In this document: positions 56,434 through 64,000 of the stretch, piece after piece
How the letters are laid out: each line of letters starts with the position of its first letter
How positions within the stretch are numbered: the first letter of the stretch is position 1
Assembly: GCA_964577325.1 (NCBI GenBank)
Contig: CAZNZA010000009.1
Location: 10,698 to 74,697 of the forward strand
DNA from: an uncultured Polyangiaceae bacterium
GTDB lineage: Bacteria; Myxococcota_A; Polyangia; Polyangiales; Polyangiaceae
DNA length: 64,000 nucleotides
Direction: 5' to 3'
The notes under the pieces: generated by a model
What the model was told of the DNA's origin: nothing
Database searches by the model: none
What the model saw: only the letters and a program-made list of their open reading frames with translations
Made by a program: the position numbers and the translations under genes

Positions 56434-57204
56434 ATGCGGATTGCCACTTGGAACGTGAATTCTCTACGCGCGCGCCTCGACCTCGTTCTGGACTGGCTGA
56501 GGCGGGAGGAACCAGACGTGCTATGCATGCAAGAGACGAAGGTTCCCGATAGCGAGTTCCCCACGGATGAGTTTCAACGCTTGGGCTACGGCGTCGTGAT
56601 GGCGGGACAGAAGTCATACAATGGTGTGGCGATCGCGGCACGAGGGCTGTTGCGCGACGTCCGTGTAGGCTTGGCGACGGAGGGCGCGCGCGACGATAAG
56701 CGCGTCATTTCGGCGGTCGTGAAGCGCGTCCACGTGTTCTGTTGCTACGTTCCCAATGGTCGGAGTGTCGACTCTCCCGAGTTCGAATACAAACTGCGTT
56801 GGCTCGACCAGTTGCGTACGACGCTCGATACTTGCGCAAACGCCGACAAGCATGTGGTTGTGTGCGGTGACTTCAATGTCGCGCGCGAAGCCGCCGATGT
56901 GTTCGACGTCGCTGCCTTCCAAGGCCAAACCCACTTCCATCCGGAGGAGCACGCACGGGTGAACCGCATCCTCGACTTCGGCTTGACCGATGCCTTCCGC
57001 TTACACAACCCTCTCCCGCATCAATACAGCTGGTGGGACTACCGCGCCGGGTCGTTTCGACGAAATGAGGGACTGAGGATTGATTACCTTTTTGTCAGCA
57101 ATAGCTTGAAAGAGCGCTGTACGCGGGCATGGATGGACGTTGCGGAGCGAGAACGCGACAAGCCGTCCGATCACATCCCCGTGGTTGCCGATTTCAGCCC
57201 GTGA
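56434..57204 (+). CDS. xth: Exodeoxyribonuclease III
   Basis: MRIATWNVNSLRARL, LCMQETK, VVCGDFNVA, SDHIPVVADF are canonical EEP/ExoIII motifs. Confidence 0.9.
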   Translation: MRIATWNVNSLRARLDLVLDWLRREEPDVLCMQETKVPDSEFPTDEFQRLGYGVVMAGQKSYNGVAIAARGLLRDVRVGLATEGARDDKRVISAVVKRVHVFCCYVPNGRSVDSPEFEYKLRWLDQLRTTLDTCANADKHVVVCGDFNVAREAADVFDVAAFQGQTHFHPEEHARVNRILDFGLTDAFRLHNPLPHQYSWWDYRAGSFRRNEGLRIDYLFVSNSLKERCTRAWMDVAERERDKPSDHIPVVADFSP

Positions 57205-57224
57205 GACTATCACCTGGCCAGAAG

Positions 57225-58313
57225 TCACGGCACCAGGGGCAAACTCAGCGCCCTGAGGACGTCGATAGCCTCTAGACTCAAACGCCCTGCACCGAGCCAA
57301 AGCGCTACGCTGGGGTCGGCCGCGATGGCCGCTGACACGGAACAAAAGGCTGGCAGGTAAACGATTTCTCGTGCGAGTCCTCCGGCTCGGTGCACGCGCG
57401 AAGCAATCTGAAGGGCAGGCGCAAGGTCCGCTCCCCACTGCAATAGCGCGTCGGTGGTTTCCACCCAGCTAGCGCCTTGCCACACCGTTTTCGCCGCCAG
57501 ATGTCGCCATCCGAGCTCCCGTCGACGATGCCCGTCGAGCAGTCCCGCTTGCAGCTCACAATGGAGGGCGAATCCCTCTTGGATATCGTTACCCTTACGC
57601 GATGCACTGGCGAACAACCCCACGCGTTGACGCTGAGCTTTGATACGAGGCCACGCGTGACCGCTTACTTCGTGCTCAACGATGCGCTGAGTAGCGCTGC
57701 TCGTGAGTGGTCGCGCGACGCCAATGATGATAGTACGTTCACCCGTGGCGGCCGCTGTCATCAAATGCTCGCTCACCTCGACTCGAAAGGGAAGCTTCTC
57801 CGCGCCAACCCGAGCGCGCATGCAGCTCACCAGACTCTCGTGGTCGCTCTCATCATCGCTGAGACTGAATCGAGAAACGGTGGGCTCCGGTACCGCCGAA
57901 AGCCACTCGTGCGCCAACACGTCAGCCTGAGCCAGCCAACGAGGCGCTGGCTCGAAGCGGCTGCGCGCCAGGCGGGCGAAGGTTTTCCGACGACCAATCG
58001 CTTCCACGACATGGCTTTCCAAGACGAGCTCGCGCACGCGCTCCGTGAACAAAGCGCGCACCTCCGGCGACCCTCGCCATTGTTGCTCCATGGCGCAAAG
58101 CACGCGTCGAAGGTCCGAGAGATCGGGCACTGGCTCGTAGGACCAGCGCGGCGCGATCCGGTCACCGCGCATCCAAGCTCGTTCGAGCCGGACCGCCTCC
58201 GACTGGGCATTGCGCGGCCGACACCTGCCCAACAGCGCCACCAGACGCTCGGCGCGAATGAGCACCTGGTGCGAGGGCATGAGCAACATCCGGCAGTCAT
58301 ACCCGATCGACAC
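57225..58313 (-). CDS. DUF1704 / 'QEGLA motif' putative metallocarboxypeptidase-like protein
   Basis: 362 aa. HExxH (IVEHEVSGHA) followed by IQEGFALHCE (QEGLA-type motif). Confidence 0.7.
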   Translation of the reverse strand: MSIGYDCRMLLMPSHQVLIRAERLVALLGRCRPRNAQSEAVRLERAWMRGDRIAPRWSYEPVPDLSDLRRVLCAMEQQWRGSPEVRALFTERVRELVLESHVVEAIGRRKTFARLARSRFEPAPRWLAQADVLAHEWLSAVPEPTVSRFSLSDDESDHESLVSCMRARVGAEKLPFRVEVSEHLMTAAATGERTIIIGVARPLTSSATQRIVEHEVSGHAWPRIKAQRQRVGLFASASRKGNDIQEGFALHCELQAGLLDGHRRRELGWRHLAAKTVWQGASWVETTDALLQWGADLAPALQIASRVHRAGGLAREIVYLPAFCSVSAAIAADPSVALWLGAGRLSLEAIDVLRALSLPLVP

Positions 58314-58449
58314 GTTCCACGCAGCTCACGCCATACCCGCGCACGAATGCGGTCGTCGCCCGTGCGCTGGTCTACACAAACTCGCCATAAACAACTGACA
58401 CCTGTCGCGCGCGCGACTACAGTCGCGCCACGCTAGGTGCGTCCTATCA

Positions 58450-60867
58450 ATGGTTTTGGAGCGCTCATATTGGGTAGCGGTCGGGGTTTCCAGCTACATC
58501 GGCCTTGCGGGGTTGCAGAACAGCGGGCTGACTCCCGTGGCGCTCGGCGCCCTCGTGATGGGTCCAGCTCTGCTGTGGGAGGTCTGGAGGCAGACGCGTC
58601 GACGCGGGGAGCGCGCACAACTGGCGCTCGAACAAGTGTGGGCGACGCGACTGGCCGTGGCGGCCGCCGTCGGTTGGCTACAAGCTCGAGTCGCGGGTGG
58701 ACCAAGCCTACTGCTCGAGGTCGCAGCGAGCGTATGTCTGGCGGTCCTTGCAATCGCGGCGCTATTTTGTCTGGCGCGCATTCCGTCTTCCCCAGGGCTC
58801 ATCGACCCTCCGAAAAGCGCTCGTTCCCTCGACGCGGCGGCATTCGTGGGCAGCCTCTGGGCCGCCGTGCTCGTACTGGCCGTGGCTCGGTTCATCGATA
58901 CCCACAACCGATGGGCCCTCGACCCCCTGACCCTGGACTACACCAATACGGCTGCGAGTGTCGGCACTCTACTCGTCTTCACGGCCGCGTCTTGGCGTGT
59001 AGCAACTACCCGTAAGCTCGAACTCGGGATATCGGACCGGGCTAACGGAGCCCTCGTCCTTTCGCTGTGCAGTTTAGGCGTAGCTATCCCGGCGGCGCTG
59101 GTCAACATAGGTCCACCAGACCGCGTACTGCCAGCTGCGGTGGTCGTGGCTGCCTGCTGTGTGGTGTGGACGGCGCTGACTTCGGATCCCTCGAAGATAG
59201 CGCGAGCGCTACGAGCGACGCTGGCAATACTGTTCCTGTGCGCGCCCGTAGTCCTGGTGCTGGGTGGTCTAGCCGAAAGTAATCCGGAGCAGAGTCCACT
59301 CCTCGTGCTGTTGGCCACGGTTGCTGCCACGGGCATTGGACTTGTGGCTCAAGTGCTGGCGCGCCCACTTGGACCCGCGCGATCACGGTGGTTGCTCGCG
59401 GTGGAGCGCGCCAGTCAGGATGTCCTCGTCCCCGAGCCCAACACAGCCATCGTGGCAACGCTGTCGGCACTGAAGACGGCTTTCCGCTCACCCAAAATTT
59501 CACCTCAACTATGGCGCGTAAACCCACCGGCTTGCCTGAGTGTAGATGTCGCGGGATACCTTGCGGAGCAACCTGTAAAGGTACCGGCAAAAGTGTACGA
59601 GCTGGCGCTGCAAGAACCGGAGCATACGTTGCGCCAGGAAACGCTCGCTGCCCTGCAGGTAAAGCGCGCCGATGTGCGCGGTCTATTGGATTGGTTTAAC
59701 GTACGCGGCGCGTTCAGCGCTACCGCAATCGTGGAGGGAGAAGACGCCGTTGGCTTTCTACTCATGCCACGGGAGCAACGCAAGGCGCCCCTGTCTTTGG
59801 AAGAGGCCAAAGCCCTACACGCTCTGGCTGAACGGTTGAGCGGGGTGTTGGCCGTCACTGCTTCGCTAGCGCGGTCGCGCCAGCAGGAACTCCGGGCAGT
59901 ACAGGACGCCGAACGGGCTCGTGCGGAAACCGCACGTCTGACTGCCGTCTTGAGTGGTAGCGCCTACCGCCATCAAGTCTTTGCACGACAGTTGGCTCGG
60001 CCGGTGCTCTCCACCGCCTACAGCGTCGCCGCGCGCAACGCGGTGGCAGCCCTCGAAAAGTGGCCACCGCCCCCGCAGCCTCACGTGTTGATGTGCCCAC
60101 CAGGCGTGGATGCCAACCCTTGGGCAGCTGTGGCGCACCTGGCCAATCGACAAGGTGCAGGTCCGTTGTTGCTCCTGGACGGAAGCGAAAGCTCCGCTGC
60201 CACGAAAGCGATGTGGCACGCGTCAGAGCACTCACCTGCGGCGCTTACGCACGGTGGAACGCTGTTCATACGGGACGCGGATTTACTACCCCCGGAGCAT
60301 CAGCAGGTATTGGTTGAAAGCCTCACGAGCAGCGCCGTGCATTCCAACAGCGCCGTGCATTCCAACAGCGCGCCCGGCTCCCAGGAGTCGTCGACGGGTG
60401 TTCCGTCATTCCGTGTCGTTTTGAGCTTTCGGCAAGGCCCATCCAACGGCATGCCACCTACGATCATTCCGGCGCTGAACGCCCTGTTGCCAACGTCCGT
60501 GCTACGATTGCCTTCGCTGCACGAACGTCCGGAGGATCTGCGAGCACTCGTGCTGGATTGCTTGGGCCGGCAGCGACCAGGCGAAGCCCTGGGCATCGAC
60601 CGCCACGCTTTGCAAGCGCTGCTCGACTACGAGTGGCCGGGTAACGAGGCTCAGTTGCGCGACGTGTTGGATCGAGCAGCGATGAAGTGCAAGGGCGCTC
60701 AGCTGCGTTTGTCAGATTTACAAGCCAGCGGCTTCATCATGCCTTCCACCGCCTCGTCCCCGAGCGAGGCCGTCTCGGCAACACCGGCCTCCGAGTCCGA
60801 AACGGACACTGCCCTTCCGCGCAGACGTCGAGCGCGCACCTATAGGGGGCGCTCCCCCGGGTCTTGA
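58450..60867 (+). CDS. Polytopic membrane protein with GAF-like domain and degenerate sigma54-interaction (AAA+) module, no HTH
   Basis: 805 aa. About 8-9 TM segments in the first 300 aa or so. C-terminus GGTLFIRDADLLPPEHQQVLVESL, FRVVLSF, LRLPSLHERPEDLRALVLDCL, LLDYEWPGNEAQLRDVL resembles enhancer-binding-protein AAA+ domains. Walker A is absent (MCPPGVDANPW) and no Fis-type HTH follows. Confidence 0.6.
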   Translation: MVLERSYWVAVGVSSYIGLAGLQNSGLTPVALGALVMGPALLWEVWRQTRRRGERAQLALEQVWATRLAVAAAVGWLQARVAGGPSLLLEVAASVCLAVLAIAALFCLARIPSSPGLIDPPKSARSLDAAAFVGSLWAAVLVLAVARFIDTHNRWALDPLTLDYTNTAASVGTLLVFTAASWRVATTRKLELGISDRANGALVLSLCSLGVAIPAALVNIGPPDRVLPAAVVVAACCVVWTALTSDPSKIARALRATLAILFLCAPVVLVLGGLAESNPEQSPLLVLLATVAATGIGLVAQVLARPLGPARSRWLLAVERASQDVLVPEPNTAIVATLSALKTAFRSPKISPQLWRVNPPACLSVDVAGYLAEQPVKVPAKVYELALQEPEHTLRQETLAALQVKRADVRGLLDWFNVRGAFSATAIVEGEDAVGFLLMPREQRKAPLSLEEAKALHALAERLSGVLAVTASLARSRQQELRAVQDAERARAETARLTAVLSGSAYRHQVFARQLARPVLSTAYSVAARNAVAALEKWPPPPQPHVLMCPPGVDANPWAAVAHLANRQGAGPLLLLDGSESSAATKAMWHASEHSPAALTHGGTLFIRDADLLPPEHQQVLVESLTSSAVHSNSAVHSNSAPGSQESSTGVPSFRVVLSFRQGPSNGMPPTIIPALNALLPTSVLRLPSLHERPEDLRALVLDCLGRQRPGEALGIDRHALQALLDYEWPGNEAQLRDVLDRAAMKCKGAQLRLSDLQASGFIMPSTASSPSEAVSATPASESETDTALPRRRRARTYRGRSPGS
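60331..60372. repeat. 18-bp in-frame tandem duplication (agcgccgtgcattccaac x2 + partial)
   Basis: Read directly. Encodes SAVHSN-SAVHSN-SA within the degenerate AAA+ module of the 58450-60867 CDS. Confidence 0.85.
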
Positions 60868-60927
60868 TACTCGGCTGCAGCACGACCTTTGAGTCTGAAC
60901 GCGAATCGGGGTACAAACGCCAGACGC

Positions 60928-63900
60928 ATGAGGGCACCCACTCTACGACTGCTGGGCGACTACGCCGTCGAGAGTCAGGTGGGCGAAGGCACGAGCGGTC
61001 ACGTTTACCGAGCCGTGCACGTGCCAACGGCTCGCCCGGTCGCCCTGAAGGTTCTGAGACTCGTGCCCGACGTGAATCCATCGGATCGGATCGCGGAAGC
61101 AGAACTACTTCGCGGCGTGCGTCACCCAGGCATCCTCAGCGTCGAGGATCATGGGTTGCTCGAGGATGGTCGGGCATATCTGGTGATGCCATGGCTCGAC
61201 GGAGAGGATCTCGCTAAGCGTCAACGCCGTTCACCGCTGTCACCAACGCAGGCACTCCACGTCGTTGCCCGTATCGCGGAGGCTTTGCATGTCGCACACG
61301 CAGCTGCCATCGTTCACCGGGACATCAAGCCGGCGAACATTTTCTTGGTTGGCTCAGGGCCCGAGCCACGCACCTTGGGGCAACCCACGTTGATCGATTT
61401 TGGGGTGGCGACTCGCCTCGAGCTCACCCCCTTCGCAGAACCAACCATCGCCGGCACTCCCGCATACATGGCGCCCGAGCAGGTGCGGGGCGATTTGCAG
61501 GTTGGTCCGGCGGCAGACATCTATGCCTTGGGCGCAACCCTGTACGAGTTGCTCTCCGGGCGTCCGCCGCATGAGGGCCCCACCTTATTGGCAACCCTGG
61601 CCAGGCTCGTGACCAGTCCAGCGCCCCATCTTTCGCAAGTCGCGCCGTCGATTCCTCCGGAGGTCGCCGCCTACGTTCACCAAATGCTGGCCCTTGCGCC
61701 CGAGGATCGACCCGCAGATGCTCGAGTCGTCGCCCAGACGCTCGATCGCCTAGCGACTCGACTCGCACGCGGCTCGCTGTTCGACAGCGAGCCCCTATCC
61801 TCTCGTCTGGGTTCGAGCACCCAGCGCTTGATCACGAGCTTGGTGGCTTCTGGATTTACGGAGCTCGCGTTACGCGATCGGGCGTTGACGAATTTCCGGC
61901 AGCACGACGCCGATGTCGTGCCTTTGGGCCTTCATGCGCTGATCGCCCATTTTGGAGTTCGCCGCGCCCGCGGAAGCGAAGCCACGAGTGCCTTGCACCT
62001 GGCTCGTCGCACCGCCCGCTTGGGAGTCAGCATCGGCGTGGCATCGGGTCGCGCCATGGTGCCTCCCCTGGAGAGCGCCCAGTCGCTGCAGTTTCTGGGC
62101 GACGTGGTGGAACGAGCCACGCTTCTTTCGCGCACTGCGGCGCCTGGCAGCGTCGTATGCGATGCGACGACGGTCGAGTTGGGTCAGCACCGTTATCGAT
62201 TCAAGAAGGCAGCCGCGGGACACTACATGGTCGAGGCTCGCACGGGCAGTGGCCGTATGCCGGTGGCTTCTCCCTTCGTGGGACGCAACGCCGAATTCCA
62301 GGCCATCGTGGAAGCGTATCAGCGTTGCGAGGACCTGTCCGTGGCGACAGTGGTTTCGATTTCCGGAGATCCCGGCATTGGGAAGTCGCGGCTGCAGCGC
62401 GAGGTGGTGACGCACTTGCTGGGCGAAGGCGGTGTGCACTACGTGGTTCAGCAACGCAATGACCCTTACGGTCAGAGGAGAGCACTCGGCGCAGCGCTGG
62501 ACATCATTCGCTCATTGTTGCGCTTGCCCAAAGGGGCCACTCCCGACGTGGTTACCCAAGCCATCAGCAGACACGTCGAATTTTCGGAAAGCGAGCAGCT
62601 GACGACGCGTCTCGACGTGCTTACTCAGTTGTTGTGCAACCTGCCCACCGACGGCGACCGCGACGAGTCGCAAGCCATCCGCGATGTACTGTGGCTCTTG
62701 ATGACGCGACTCGTGCTCAAGAGCTTGGAGCGCGGACCCGTCGTGATCACCAGCGAGGACATCCAATGGGCAGACCCTGAGAGTCTGAGTTGGTTCGAAC
62801 ACTTGCTGTCCCGGGCAAAGGATCACACGCTGCTGATGCTCGTGACCACGCGGTACGAGTTTTGGCGGACCCATCCCGACGCTTTTTCGCGCCACAATCA
62901 CCTCAAGCTGCAACTCAGCCCAGTCGCAGACGCCTTCGTGCGCAAGATGGTGCGCACCGTGCTTTTGGAAGCAACCGACGGCGCGGTTTCGGACGCGGAA
63001 GTCGAGCGCGTCGTGGAACAGGCCGGAGGTTCACCGTTGTTCGCCGAAGAATTGTCTCGCTTGGCGGCGCGCGGCACGAATGTGGCGATCGCGCCCACGC
63101 TCGAGGCAGCCATACAAGTCAGCCTCGACTCCTTGGACGAGGACGAAGCGGATGCCCTCGGAAGGCTGAGCGTGCTCGGCGCAACGGTATGGGACGAAGC
63201 GCTGGCACATTTGGGCTTGGATGCACCAGAACGCGTGCTCGAAGCGCTCACCGAACGAGAAATTCTCGTGACCCATGATGTCTCACGGTTCTCCGCTCAC
63301 CGTGAACGACACTTCAAGCACGCCATGGTGCGGGATGTGGCGTACGCTCGCCTGGGACACGTGGAGCGCCGCGAGTTGCATGCCCTGGCCGCTGATTGGT
63401 TGGAGCGGGTGGGCGAAGACGCAGCCATCGTTGCCGGCCACTTCGACTTGGCGGAGCTGCCCGAGCGGGCCGCACGCCATTGGACGATCGCGGCGCGTCG
63501 TGCTTTGAACGCCAATGCGCTGCAAGACGCGTTGCGAATGGCCGAGCGCGCAGTGACGTTCTCCTCCGAGCCCCAAGAAACGTTCGCCCGCGCCCAGTTG
63601 CTCGATGAAATTTGGGCACGTCAGGATGCGCGGGCCAGCGATCGTGAAAGCGCCATCGCCGCCATGGAGGAGACCGTGACGGACGAGGCTTCGCGTGCCT
63701 ACGCTCGAGGTGCCCGCGCCCGCTACGATGCGGCGCGCGGACAGGGCTTCTACGTGAGTGAACGTCTGCAGCAAGTTCGCGAACAAGCCGAACGATTGGG
63801 CTTGTATGACGAAGAAGCGCGCTGCAGTGCTGACCTTGCCACGCGCTTTGCTTTCGCCGGCGAACATGAGAAGGCTGAACGAGAAGTCCGGCGGCTACTC

Positions 63901-64000
63901 GAGCTGGCGCAACGGCACGCGGGGTTGATGGCGAGTGCCGTCAATGCCTGGCAGGTGCTGGCCATCGTGCGGCAGACTCAGGGCGCGCTGCTGGAGGCGT
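60928..64000 (+). CDS. Ser/Thr kinase - degenerate cyclase-homology domain - AAA/STAND ATPase - TPR-like repeats (3' end beyond the window)
   Basis: Not in the ORF track because there is no stop before the window end. Own translation from ATG 60928: GEGTSGHVYRA, ALKVL, HRDIKPANIFL, DFGVA, YMAPEQ. Then a cyclase-like segment (VSIGVASGRAMV...FLGDVVERATLLSRTAAPGSVV), P-loop ISGDPGIGKSRL, Walker B-like VVITSEDIQWAD, and helical repeats. Confidence 0.8.
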   Translation, partial: MRAPTLRLLGDYAVESQVGEGTSGHVYRAVHVPTARPVALKVLRLVPDVNPSDRIAEAELLRGVRHPGILSVEDHGLLEDGRAYLVMPWLDGEDLAKRQRRSPLSPTQALHVVARIAEALHVAHAAAIVHRDIKPANIFLVGSGPEPRTLGQPTLIDFGVATRLELTPFAEPTIAGTPAYMAPEQVRGDLQVGPAADIYALGATLYELLSGRPPHEGPTLLATLARLVTSPAPHLSQVAPSIPPEVAAYVHQMLALAPEDRPADARVVAQTLDRLATRLARGSLFDSEPLSSRLGSSTQRLITSLVASGFTELALRDRALTNFRQHDADVVPLGLHALIAHFGVRRARGSEATSALHLARRTARLGVSIGVASGRAMVPPLESAQSLQFLGDVVERATLLSRTAAPGSVVCDATTVELGQHRYRFKKAAAGHYMVEARTGSGRMPVASPFVGRNAEFQAIVEAYQRCEDLSVATVVSISGDPGIGKSRLQREVVTHLLGEGGVHYVVQQRNDPYGQRRALGAALDIIRSLLRLPKGATPDVVTQAISRHVEFSESEQLTTRLDVLTQLLCNLPTDGDRDESQAIRDVLWLLMTRLVLKSLERGPVVITSEDIQWADPESLSWFEHLLSRAKDHTLLMLVTTRYEFWRTHPDAFSRHNHLKLQLSPVADAFVRKMVRTVLLEATDGAVSDAEVERVVEQAGGSPLFAEELSRLAARGTNVAIAPTLEAAIQVSLDSLDEDEADALGRLSVLGATVWDEALAHLGLDAPERVLEALTEREILVTHDVSRFSAHRERHFKHAMVRDVAYARLGHVERRELHALAADWLERVGEDAAIVAGHFDLAELPERAARHWTIAARRALNANALQDALRMAERAVTFSSEPQETFARAQLLDEIWARQDARASDRESAIAAMEETVTDEASRAYARGARARYDAARGQGFYVSERLQQVREQAERLGLYDEEARCSADLATRFAFAGEHEKAEREVRRLLELAQRHAGLMASAVNAWQVLAIVRQTQGALLEA

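Noticed and set aside
57477-58436. 319-aa plus-strand ORF
   Set aside because: It is antisense to the DUF1704/QEGLA gene, which has clear HExxH and QEGxA motifs. The product would be Arg/His/Pro-rich with no motifs.
1-64000. tRNA, rRNA, tmRNA, transposase/integrase, prophage or classical defence-system genes
   Set aside because: I scanned the intergenic regions and ORF translations. I saw no cloverleaf-like segments, no DDE/tyrosine-recombinase motifs, no phage structural genes and no restriction-modification, Cas or toxin-antitoxin signatures. A covariance-model scan would be needed to fully exclude small RNAs.

Overview
High-GC bacterial chromosome segment. Its gene content looks like Myxococcota, which is an inference from content, not a search result. 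Supporting content: four eukaryotic-like Ser/Thr kinases, two PP2C phosphatases, a TPR/PEGA protein, an Oar-like TonB-dependent receptor, two PilT paralogues and two Omp85-family loci. I support about 50 CDS. I saw no rRNA, tRNA, transposase, integrase, phage block or CRISPR array. Recognisable housekeeping genes are clpS-clpA, prfC, purB, prmA, crcB, an fpg/nei-family glycosylase, xth and an HtrA protease. The rest is mostly signalling and envelope genes. The best candidate for an undescribed system is a five-gene minus-strand operon (15912-22855). In it a CheR methyltransferase and a REC-less CheB methylesterase are joined by ATGA overlaps to a 1137-aa hybrid histidine kinase and followed by a REC-histidine kinase. 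No MCP, CheA or CheW is present in the window. The hybrid kinase carries receptor-like Glu-Glu heptads in the coiled coil next to its H-box. Other notable items:
- a kinase-PP2C-sigma factor block
- a kinase-FHA-degenerate GGDEF fusion
- a TonB-dependent receptor with its own TonB C-terminal domain, coupled to a Cys-rich lipoprotein
- a PilT ATPase with a PilB/MshE-type N-terminal extension
- a polytopic membrane protein carrying a degenerate sigma54-activator AAA+ module without an HTH
- a perfect 15-bp in-frame tandem repeat in a TamA-like protein
- a 110-bp intergenic tandem repeat
- a 54-aa DUF1328-type ORF below the ORF-track cutoff
All family assignments come from motif reading by eye. 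No searches were run.
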